A stretch of 56,588 nt of DNA from Verrucomicrobiota bacterium (GCA_016280825.1 JAEEHL010000009.1:1-56588), one strand, 5' to 3'; shown: positions 11,139 to 18,196, counted from the stretch's first letter. Numbers and translations: made by a program. The notes: generated by a model not told the origin, from the sequence alone.

Positions 11139-11147
11139 TGATATAAT
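11139..11147 (+). promoter_or_regulatory. Extended -10 promoter TGATATAAT
   Basis: Perfect TGnTATAAT. The ATG at 11157 lies 9 nt downstream of the hexamer, which implies a leaderless or near-leaderless mRNA. Confidence 0.55.
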
Positions 11148-11156
11148 ATGCGGCAG

Positions 11157-11792
11157 ATGAAACAAGCACACATTAAAAAGCCGCTGCCAGTCAAGGTTGT
11201 CGAAGCCCTCGGATGGGCGTATGTCGCGCTCTCGGTTTTCCCGCTTGTTGCCTGTTCACTATTCGAATTTTTCTGGCTTTTGCTGTCTCTCGGCATGGTT
11301 CTGGGCTTGCGACGAGGCCGACGTGCGTTGTTCCTTTCATTGCATGCTATCATTCTTTCGCTGGTTGCCCTTTGTTGTGTCGCGTCGTTGTTGCATGGCA
11401 CAGAACCCCAGGTGACATGGGTGCTTGTTCTCCTTCTTTTGCTGGTTGCACCGGTCATACTTCTTTGCCTCCCGTCGTCGAATCTCTGGTTCAAGGAAAA
11501 GTTGGGAGGCAAGGCCGAGCCCAAAGGTTTTCTCGTTTGCATGATTCTTGTATTGATCTTGATCTTGGCAGCGCTGATTCCTGAATTGATTTGTGGGGTG
11601 GTGATTAGAAGAGGAAATGCAAAACGCGGATTGTCAATGACAGCGCGGTGTCGCGCATATTGTGAAAAGCAAATATGCTCGCTGGAGGTACATCTTCCCC
11701 AACGGCATCCCCAAGCTTGGCCCCGACACCTATTTCCTGACCCCGACCGGCCGTGTGGATCTTGCCGTATCCGCCGCGGGGAAATGATATAA
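11157..11792 (+). CDS. Hypothetical multi-pass membrane protein
   Basis: Four or five hydrophobic helices. I prefer the start MKQAHIKK at 11157 because the ATG at 11148 abuts the -10 hexamer. The C-terminal ~50 aa are Arg/Pro-rich and may not be genuine. Confidence 0.5.
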   Translation: MKQAHIKKPLPVKVVEALGWAYVALSVFPLVACSLFEFFWLLLSLGMVLGLRRGRRALFLSLHAIILSLVALCCVASLLHGTEPQVTWVLVLLLLLVAPVILLCLPSSNLWFKEKLGGKAEPKGFLVCMILVLILILAALIPELICGVVIRRGNAKRGLSMTARCRAYCEKQICSLEVHLPQRHPQAWPRHLFPDPDRPCGSCRIRRGEMI

Positions 11793-11793
11793 T
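11785..11793 (+). promoter_or_regulatory. Extended -10 promoter TGATATAAT
   Basis: Perfect TGnTATAAT. The ATG at 11801 lies 7 nt downstream of the hexamer (leaderless geometry). Confidence 0.55.
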
Positions 11794-11800
11794 ACACGGC

Positions 11801-12703
11801 ATGAAAACGGAGAATGCAAGCTGCGATGCCCGGATTCGGGCGGATAGGCCGGGATTTATGGCGCAATGCGTCAATGGAGCGGCGCGATGCCTCTGCATCA
11901 CCTTCCTCCTGAATCTCGTCTGCATCGTCTTTCCGTTTGGATATGCCCAGGCGCCGGTTGTCGTGGCGCTCGCGGCAATTACCCTTGGCCTTGCCTTTTC
12001 ACGGCGGCTGACTGCCAAGCGCAATGACTTCAAGGTCGCGAAGTTCTTCGCGGTCCTGCATCTTGCAGTCATCATGCTTTGGATTCATTTCATCCTTGGC
12101 TATTTTGGCCTTGCGATGAACGCCCGCTTCAATGCGATGGTGCAGTATGCCGACCGCGTGGTCGTTCGCGACGGCGGCGGCGGATGCTGCTCCAGTATCG
12201 ACGAAGATCCTGTGCTGTACGAGATTACAAACAAGACCGAAATTGCCAAGTTCAACGAGATGTTCCGTTTTTCGACGCGCCAGATGCGGTGCAGGTGCTG
12301 CGGATTCCCGGGCATAGATTGGTGGCGGGACGGGAAGCGGATCGCAGTCATGGCAATGCACCACGGCAAGGCGCTTCGCGTTGAGCACGAGGGGCTTGAC
12401 TGGCGATTCACCGCCGGTTCGCGGAGGCAAATCGGGGAATGGCTTAAGGATCATGGGATAAATTCTACCGAGGGAGGCCCGTTGCACTTGAGATGCAGAA
12501 ATGGGCGCGTGGTGCTTGCGACGGTCGCCCAGCAGTGGGCCGCAAGCCACAACGGCGCGCTCCCAACAATCGAGGAGCTTCGCGAAGAAGCCGGCAAGTT
12601 CATTCGGAGTGTCCCGACGTGCCCATCCGGCGGCGAATATTCGCTGATAGTCGGTGAAGACGGCTTGTTGGACGTAGTGTGCAGCGCGCCCGGCCACAAA
12701 TGA
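11801..12703 (+). CDS. Hypothetical membrane protein with Cys-rich extracytoplasmic domains and a pseudopilin-like C-terminal motif
   Basis: Three predicted TMs. Motifs GGGGCCSS, RCRCCGFPG and HHGKALRV. The C-terminal CPSGGEYSL...VVCSAPGH resembles the C-terminal disulfide motif of type II secretion/type IV pseudopilins. Confidence 0.55.
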   Translation: MKTENASCDARIRADRPGFMAQCVNGAARCLCITFLLNLVCIVFPFGYAQAPVVVALAAITLGLAFSRRLTAKRNDFKVAKFFAVLHLAVIMLWIHFILGYFGLAMNARFNAMVQYADRVVVRDGGGGCCSSIDEDPVLYEITNKTEIAKFNEMFRFSTRQMRCRCCGFPGIDWWRDGKRIAVMAMHHGKALRVEHEGLDWRFTAGSRRQIGEWLKDHGINSTEGGPLHLRCRNGRVVLATVAQQWAASHNGALPTIEELREEAGKFIRSVPTCPSGGEYSLIVGEDGLLDVVCSAPGHK

Positions 12704-12819
12704 ATCAGCTGGGATGAAGACAGTTGTGAAAGACGAGAAAGGCCATAAAAAGACATTGTCTAAGTTGGTCGCTCTCCTGGGTGCGCTTGTAGCTGGGAAT
12801 CTTGACGCCTTGTTCTTAT

Positions 12820-12842
12820 TGCCGTTTGAACTGGCAACGGCA
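12820..12842 (+). terminator. Possible stem-loop (tgccgtt-N9-aacggca) downstream of the 11801 gene
   Basis: A 7-bp perfect stem, but no U-tract follows. Confidence 0.2.
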
Positions 12843-12968
12843 TTCGACTTGCATGATAGAGGTATGTATGTGGAGGTAATGCAGGGCAGATGAAACAAGC
12901 ACTCATAGACAGCCGCGATCTTCGCCGCGATAGCATCGAAAGGGTCTCGCCGCTATGACGGGGAATAC

Positions 12969-12994
12969 CTACTGTGGTAATCTACTGTGGCAAT
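12969..12994 (+). repeat. Tandem direct 13-mers ctactgtggtaat / ctactgtggcaat
   Basis: Read directly; 12 of 13 positions are identical and the units are adjacent. Confidence 0.8.
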
Positions 12995-13015
12995 CAAGTC
13001 TGACCCTGTTGCCCC
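12991..13015 (+). repeat. Copy 3 (diverged) of the CAAT..TCTGACCCTkTTGcccc box
   Basis: caatcaagtctgaccctgttgcccc compared with the boxes at 13076 and 15173. Confidence 0.5.
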
Positions 13016-13061
13016 GACAAACCGATGTCGCCAAGGCAGGAGTACAAGCTGGCATGAGATG

Positions 13062-13102
13062 CTGTATCAACAAGACTGTATCAATAAGCTCTGACCCTTT
13101 TG
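13062..13102 (+). repeat. Tandem 14-mers (ctgtatcaacaaga / ctgtatcaataagc) running into the conserved box ..tcaataagctctgacccttttg
   Basis: Read directly. The box lies 55 nt upstream of the ATG at 13158. Confidence 0.75.
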
Positions 13103-13157
13103 AGCTCGAACAGTGTAAAAACAAGTGGCCTAAGAAGCGCCAATTTGATAGGAGAAA

Positions 13158-13739
13158 ATGATGGTAATCAAGGCAGTTTTGGTGCAGGTGGAGCGTCCTA
13201 TAGCGAGAAAGTCAGGGGACCCCGTGAAAATTATTGCTCGTGGAGGTGCAATCAGCTATTTGCGGGTTCTACGGGTGTCAGCGCTGGTCCTTTTTACAGC
13301 GGTTTGTCTTGGCGGATGCATGGTTACGAATCTTCTGCAACCGCGACTAACCGTCGAGCGCGAAATTGTGAATGTATTCGGCTCAAGAGAAAACGCACTT
13401 CAGCAACCGTGGGTTTTGCGGTCTGTGTTTGGCGGGTCGCGGCCAATTGAGTTGACCGCAAACCAGAAAGAAGCCTTGATGGATGCAATAAAAGATTGCT
13501 ACGTATGGTCAGATGGGAAGACGGGAGGTGGTTGTGCCGCGCCTGGCCTTTACTGTCTTCATGTTACCCCTGGCTATGGCCGTGATGATTACGATGGTCG
13601 CGAGTTTTTTATGTATCTTCATGAAGAGGGATTTCTAATTGGATATATGTATGCCACTCCGAACGACATAGTGGTTGTCTATGACACGATAAGGGCAATC
13701 TTTCGCGGGGAATCATTTGTTGACGAGGGACCTCAGTGA
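13158..13739 (+). CDS. Hypothetical lipoprotein
   Basis: SD GATAGGAGAAA precedes ATGATG. Lipobox AVCLGGC follows a long n-region. No recognisable family. Confidence 0.55.
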   Translation: MMVIKAVLVQVERPIARKSGDPVKIIARGGAISYLRVLRVSALVLFTAVCLGGCMVTNLLQPRLTVEREIVNVFGSRENALQQPWVLRSVFGGSRPIELTANQKEALMDAIKDCYVWSDGKTGGGCAAPGLYCLHVTPGYGRDDYDGREFFMYLHEEGFLIGYMYATPNDIVVVYDTIRAIFRGESFVDEGPQ

Positions 13740-13769
13740 CAGACATGATTGCCACAGTAGATCGTGTAG

Positions 13770-14140
13770 CGCCGCGCCCGCCGCGCTTGCCGCGCCGTCC
13801 GCTTTTTGATATAATTCCAGCCATGAAAATGAATCCGTCACATCGGCCCTGCCATCTGGCGCTCGCCGCGTCTCCTGCGCGTTCGCGCACGATTGATCTT
13901 CGCGGCAATGTGACGCACACCGAAAATTTGGGGTCTGTCCCCAGCCGTTGGTTAGGTGGTTCGGTAGTTAGGTGGTTAGGTAGTTGCGCAAACCCGCAAC
14001 ACGAGACCCACACCTCGAGATCCGAAAACGATGGCCTTGTCCCCAAAGCGCCCGTTTTGAAATATCGCATTATTCTTGGAGGGCGGGCGAATATTATGCA
14101 GATTGCTTGCGCAGTCGCGGGGTCTGTCCCCAAGTTTTCT
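13770..14140 (+). repeat. 371-bp intergenic repeat, copy A
   Basis: About 90 percent identical (by eye) to 16698-17069. It contains TGATATAAT (13807-13815), hairpin GGGGTCTGTCCCC (13930-13942), a five-unit octamer array (13948-13987), a second GTCTGTCCCC (14122-14131) and a TATTAT box. Confidence 0.85.
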
Positions 14141-14240
14141 ACGGTCTTTGGGACTGATAGGAAGGTGAACTTCTGCAATGGGCAAATAACAGGGTCGCTA
14201 TTCCCGCCCAGGTTGTACGAGTTTAGGGGAGAGTGATTTT

Positions 14241-15068
14241 ATGAGGATTTCTGCTTATGCTGGTGAATTGTTTTGTCGCGCTGCCTTGATTATGGCTGCG
14301 CTGTTGTGGCTGGATGTTAATGTGTGTGACGGACGCGTTTTAAGTAGCATTTATTTTGGTGTAAATAGTATTTTATATAAGAGGCCAGAGATGCTGTGCA
14401 AAAGAGTTTGTGAAAAACCACAAAGGATTGTAGAGGGGAACGCAGGTTCTAACAGAGTGGTTTTAGATGGTGGTACATATGCATTGGATTCTTTCGATGG
14501 CAGGCAGGAAGAACTTGTCGAATGCTTACAGTATTGCGCACGAATTGGCGACAGGATGCCAATATGTTATTTTGTAGATTTGTATTGCCGCGCAGCGAAT
14601 GCAGACGCAAAGGCGCATGCCATTTCTGTTTGGCTCAAAAGCTTGATATCTGCATCGGCATCTGACGATGAGCATCATCACTGGTGGGTTTATGAAACAT
14701 CATGGTGCCAGGAAGAGGCTATTGCATTAGAAAGATTTGTGCCAAGTACGTTGTCCTTTTCTCTCGTGAAGTGGAATCTTCTGGATAGAGCTTTTGCCTG
14801 TCTTTTTCATCTGATTAAAGGGTTGGGCATGTGTTTGCTTGCCCCTGTAATATTGTACTTTTTGATGTGTCCATCCGTTGTCAATGTTGTGATGAGAAAA
14901 TTCGGCATTGTTTCCCGTTGTGGGGCTGAGAGCGTGAATTCTATGTTTGGGATTATTAAAATGGCGAGGGTAATAATTCCTCTTGTCGTGCTATGTGCTC
15001 TAGTAATCATTCAACTCTTGGTTAATCCCTCCGTGCATAGGAACATGCTGGAAAGCTGTTGCCGATAG
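14241..15068 (+). CDS. Hypothetical Cys-rich membrane protein (AT-rich gene)
   Basis: SD AGGGGAGAG. About 16 Cys residues and two or three C-terminal TM helices. No recognisable family. Confidence 0.5.
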   Translation: MRISAYAGELFCRAALIMAALLWLDVNVCDGRVLSSIYFGVNSILYKRPEMLCKRVCEKPQRIVEGNAGSNRVVLDGGTYALDSFDGRQEELVECLQYCARIGDRMPICYFVDLYCRAANADAKAHAISVWLKSLISASASDDEHHHWWVYETSWCQEEAIALERFVPSTLSFSLVKWNLLDRAFACLFHLIKGLGMCLLAPVILYFLMCPSVVNVVMRKFGIVSRCGAESVNSMFGIIKMARVIIPLVVLCALVIIQLLVNPSVHRNMLESCCR

Positions 15069-15172
15069 GAGGTCCACTTGTGATATGCCTAAATGTTGTA
15101 TTGAGGGATTTGTGATGGGGCTCTAAATGGGAAGTACATCAATAAAGAAAGTTTTTCATGGGTAAACATAAA

Positions 15173-15199
15173 GTATGTCAATAGGCTCTGACCCTTTTG
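15173..15199 (+). repeat. Copy 2 of the conserved box gtatgtcaataggctctgacccttttg
   Basis: Matches 13076-13102 at about 22 of 27 positions. It lies 44 nt upstream of the ATG at 15243. Confidence 0.7.
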
Positions 15200-15242
15200 C
15201 CCCCAATAAAGTCAACTATCCATAAACATTACGATAAAAGAG

Positions 15243-16421
15243 ATGAGGGATAACAAAATGATAAGATGGCTGATCATGAACATCGTTCTTGCGGCTTCTT
15301 TAACGAGCGGCGCGGAACGTGTTGTTGCCGTCCTGCCGTCGTGCGCGAAAATGGTTCCACGAAGAGGCGATAATGTGGTTCTTGAGGTAAAGTCATTGTT
15401 GTTGAACGATGCTGATGCGATAGGCTGGAAGTTTACAAAATGGGATATAGACATGGTCGCGTCTGCGAATACATTCGTATCAATTGGCTTGCCAGAAGAG
15501 AGAGATTTGCTATGTGTAGTGGAGAATATAAAGCCCAATATAAGGATAGTTGATGCTGGGACGAAACTGAAAAAAATTGACGGCAATCCATATTTTTTCG
15601 TCTCGTCGGATAACTTGGCGTCCATTAAGGCAAATGTGTGGAAGGCGTTCAACTACGAAGAGACGATTATGTGCGGTTCTCCCAAAACCGCACCTTCGAT
15701 TATGCGCCCATATTTTAAGAAAAAATCGTATGTGGTGGCGATTGCGCATCCGGCGTTCGAATATGAGTGCGAGTCTTATGGCGTTGAATGTGTCTTGATC
15801 GAGCCTAGTAGGCTGGATAATGACGAATGCTATTGCCATGATACTATTGCACGTCTAAAAAAAGGCCGGGCAAACATTCTCCTGTCGTTACCAGGCTACG
15901 CACGGGTCCCACAGGCGTTCTTGTTAAAAGCACGATTGCGCAATGTTGAGTTCGACGTGTTTAACGGTAATTTGTCTAGTTTTGCTGACATTCTTTTCCA
16001 AAGTGTAATGCGTCGTGATTCCGATCTTGCTGAATATGAGGAAAAAGATAAGTCTCAGGCTTTTGTTTTGCTGAGTGCGATAAGGTTTAAGCGATTTGAG
16101 GCCCCCGAAGATGCAACCGTTCAATCTGTAATAGAAAGTCTGCAGTCTGCAATTGACGCATCAGAAAAGATTGATCTTCCGAAGGAGAAGCGAAAACTCA
16201 AGATTGACTTCTCTCTTGAGCCGGGTGTTAAAAGCAAGGTGCTTGGCCATTTTGTACTAGAGAATGCGTCGGGCGTCGATGTGCTTTCAGAAATGTGCGC
16301 GAAAGCCAATTGCCGTTTTACAGAGTGTTCACATTCTACATGCGGAGGGGAAGATTTCGGTGTACTATATGTTGTCAGAGATTCCGGCGACACACAGCGC
16401 AGCGCAATGGAGGATGAATAA
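15243..16421 (+). CDS. Exported protein with a degenerate ZnuA/TroA-like solute-binding domain plus a Cys-rich C-terminal domain
   Basis: Signal peptide. The segments VVAVLPSCAKMV..GD, FVSIGL.EE, DGNPYFFVS and IAHPAFEYECESYGVE follow the order of cluster-9 metal-binding SBP motifs, but the usual His ligands are replaced. Confidence 0.4.
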   Translation: MRDNKMIRWLIMNIVLAASLTSGAERVVAVLPSCAKMVPRRGDNVVLEVKSLLLNDADAIGWKFTKWDIDMVASANTFVSIGLPEERDLLCVVENIKPNIRIVDAGTKLKKIDGNPYFFVSSDNLASIKANVWKAFNYEETIMCGSPKTAPSIMRPYFKKKSYVVAIAHPAFEYECESYGVECVLIEPSRLDNDECYCHDTIARLKKGRANILLSLPGYARVPQAFLLKARLRNVEFDVFNGNLSSFADILFQSVMRRDSDLAEYEEKDKSQAFVLLSAIRFKRFEAPEDATVQSVIESLQSAIDASEKIDLPKEKRKLKIDFSLEPGVKSKVLGHFVLENASGVDVLSEMCAKANCRFTECSHSTCGGEDFGVLYVVRDSGDTQRSAMEDE

Positions 16422-16539
16422 TGTCGTGCTACCACGAGGTCTGCGGGTAGGCATTTTGGGTGAATTGGGCAAGGCCAATAGGGTCGGGCTTTTCTGTATA
16501 AGTTTTACTGTATAGCCATAGAGCAATGCTAATAGCAAG

Positions 16540-16743
16540 ATGAATAGGCGATTGAAAGTAACTGCCTGCGGAACAGCGCTACTGATTGCGGCGGCGGTTG
16601 TGGTTGCCTTGCGTGAGCGGATGCGGGCGGTGCCGGATGTGCCGGTTGCGGAGACGCCCGCCGAGGTGCGCGTCAAGGCGGTGGAGCGGAATCCCGCCGC
16701 CGCGCCCGCCGCGCTTGCCGCGCAGACTGATTTTTTGATATAA
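16540..16743 (+). CDS. Small single-pass membrane ORF, probably truncated by repeat B
   Basis: Paralog of 17689..17928; both carry PDVPVAETPAEVRVKAVERNPAAA. The reading frame runs into repeat B and stops inside its TATAA box. Confidence 0.35.
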   Translation: MNRRLKVTACGTALLIAAAVVVALRERMRAVPDVPVAETPAEVRVKAVERNPAAAPAALAAQTDFLI

Positions 16744-17069
16744 TTCCAGCCATGAAAATGCATCCGTCACATCGGCCTTGCCTTCTGGCGCTCGCGGCGC
16801 TCCCTGCGCGTTCACGCACGATTGATGTTCGCGGCAATGTGACGCACACCGGAAATTTGGGGTCTGTCCCCAGCCGTTGGTTAGGTGGTTCGGTAGTTAG
16901 GTGGTTAGGTAGTTGCGCAAACCCGCAGCCCGAGACCCACACCTCGAGACCCGAAAACGAGGGTCTTGTCCCCAAGGTGTCCGTTTTGAAATGTCGCATT
17001 ATTCGCAAAGGTTAGGCGAATATTATGCAGATTGCTTGCGCGGTCGCGGGGTCTGTCCCCAAGTTTTCT
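16698..17069 (+). repeat. 371-bp intergenic repeat, copy B
   Basis: See copy A. TGATATAAT at 16736-16744, GGGGTCTGTCCCC at 16859-16871, octamer array at 16877-16916 and a second GTCTGTCCCC at 17051-17060. It ends 3 nt before the ATG at 17073. Confidence 0.85.
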
Positions 17070-17072
17070 GAA

Positions 17073-17618
17073 ATGAGGCGTGTGATAGTGGGATTATTGC
17101 TGGCCTTGGTAAGCGGGTGTGCCGGCATAGCTGTCCAAAATAGAGCGGATGATAGTTTCTCGCCAGTGATCGTTTCATGCTTTGGTTCGAACGTTAAGGT
17201 ATCGGTTGAACCGCGCGAGAGAGATGGCGGAACAATCAAGATTGAATGCCCAGGGAATGCAACGGCAGCAACGAAATTGTCTGTGGCATCTGCTGAAATA
17301 TATGTTGCGCGGAACAATCTGGTAGAGAAAGGTATTGATTTATCTGCAACATCATATATCGGGAGGACAAAAGAAGAAGACTTTGTGAGCCGATTGATTG
17401 GTGCGACAATCCATGGGAGTTCTATAGGTCGAACCTACGATGATGTGATTAATATTGATTTCACGGAGAATGTAAACGACATCGGTTTTGTTCGTATTGG
17501 AATGCTTTTTGGAACTGGAGATAGAAGAGATGAGCGAGTAGTAGTGATCCTGAAAAATAGGCAACTCAATAGGAAGTCCCCCGTATTCTTTTATGACAGG
17601 CAAGTGCCGCGCTTTTAG
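17073..17618 (+). CDS. Hypothetical lipoprotein
   Basis: MRRVIVGLLLALVSGCAG is a clear lipobox. I use the internal ATG at 17073 of ORF 17025..17618 because the upstream part lies in the repeat. Confidence 0.6.
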   Translation: MRRVIVGLLLALVSGCAGIAVQNRADDSFSPVIVSCFGSNVKVSVEPRERDGGTIKIECPGNATAATKLSVASAEIYVARNNLVEKGIDLSATSYIGRTKEEDFVSRLIGATIHGSSIGRTYDDVINIDFTENVNDIGFVRIGMLFGTGDRRDERVVVILKNRQLNRKSPVFFYDRQVPRF

Positions 17619-17688
17619 ATGGTGTTGTCTCGAATTAGTTTATGCATGTGAAGTAGGCGGGATGCATAATTCATGAGGCTAGAGAAAG

Positions 17689-17928
17689 ATGAAGGAGCGG
17701 AAGATAGCAATAGTCTGTGGGACTGTGTTGCTGATTGCGGCGGTGGTTGCCGTCGTCGTTGCATCGCTCAACCGCCGCCAGCCAGCACTGCCGCCGGATG
17801 TGCCGGTTGCGGAGACGCCCGCCGAGGTGCGCGTCAAGGCGGTGGAGCGCAATCCCGCCGCCGCTACCGCCCTAATGGCTGGGCCGACATCCAGATACGA
17901 CACACTAATTAGCCATGAAGCGAAGTGA
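17689..17928 (+). CDS. Small single-pass membrane protein
   Basis: N-terminal TM IAIVCGTVLLIAAVVAVVVA. Shares a ~70-nt near-identical core with 16540..16743. Confidence 0.45.
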   Translation: MKERKIAIVCGTVLLIAAVVAVVVASLNRRQPALPPDVPVAETPAEVRVKAVERNPAAATALMAGPTSRYDTLISHEAK

Positions 17929-18196
17929 ACTACGCAAGATGTGTAAGAAAGCTGTAATCCGGCTTAAGGGCATATCGTTTGATTGCTGGACCTCGAGACT
18001 GCATGATTTTCCCGTCGTGCGTTATTTTAGGAGGAGAAACGGTGATGTTGTAGACATAGAAATTGACATACTGGACAGTGAAGAATCTTATCTACATATC
18101 ATTGTAAGAGTATCAGATGGTGGTTGGCTAAATAGCTGGCTTCCTGTTTGTGAGTCCTTTTTGGTTATGCGTAACAATTGCTCGGAGAGTGGTTAG
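17915..18196 (+). CDS. Hypothetical small cytoplasmic protein (93 aa)
   Basis: ORF with ordinary amino-acid composition. It overlaps the previous ORF by 14 nt. No recognisable family. Confidence 0.4.
   Translation: MKRSELRKMCKKAVIRLKGISFDCWTSRLHDFPVVRYFRRRNGDVVDIEIDILDSEESYLHIIVRVSDGGWLNSWLPVCESFLVMRNNCSESG

Noticed and set aside
11641-11787. Alternative-frame peptide (..KYARWRYIFPNGIPKLGPDTYFLTPTGRVDL..) at the 3' end of the 11157 gene, considered as evidence of a frameshifted pseudopilin-like gene.
   Set aside because: It is only about 41-49 codons between stops with no clear start or family match. I cannot distinguish it from chance by eye.
13076-13102. The box GGCTCTGACCCTTTTGC considered as a sigma54 (-24/-12) promoter.
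   Set aside because: The GG-to-GC spacing is about 3 nt too long in the 15173 copy, and the GC element is absent in the 13076 copy.
13609-14236. ORFs spanning the 371-bp repeats (13736..14236 +, 13609..14178 -, 16752..17015 +, 16673..17008 -, 17012..17317 -).
   Set aside because: Differences between repeat copies A and B are mostly non-synonymous in every frame, and the frames end at different points. The repeat is therefore more likely non-coding.
13770-17069. Repeat copies A and B considered as a DGR template/variable repeat pair.
   Set aside because: Substitutions are not restricted to adenine positions (c/t, g/a, c/g and t/c changes are all seen). There is no reverse transcriptase gene, and neither copy lies at the 3' end of a target gene.
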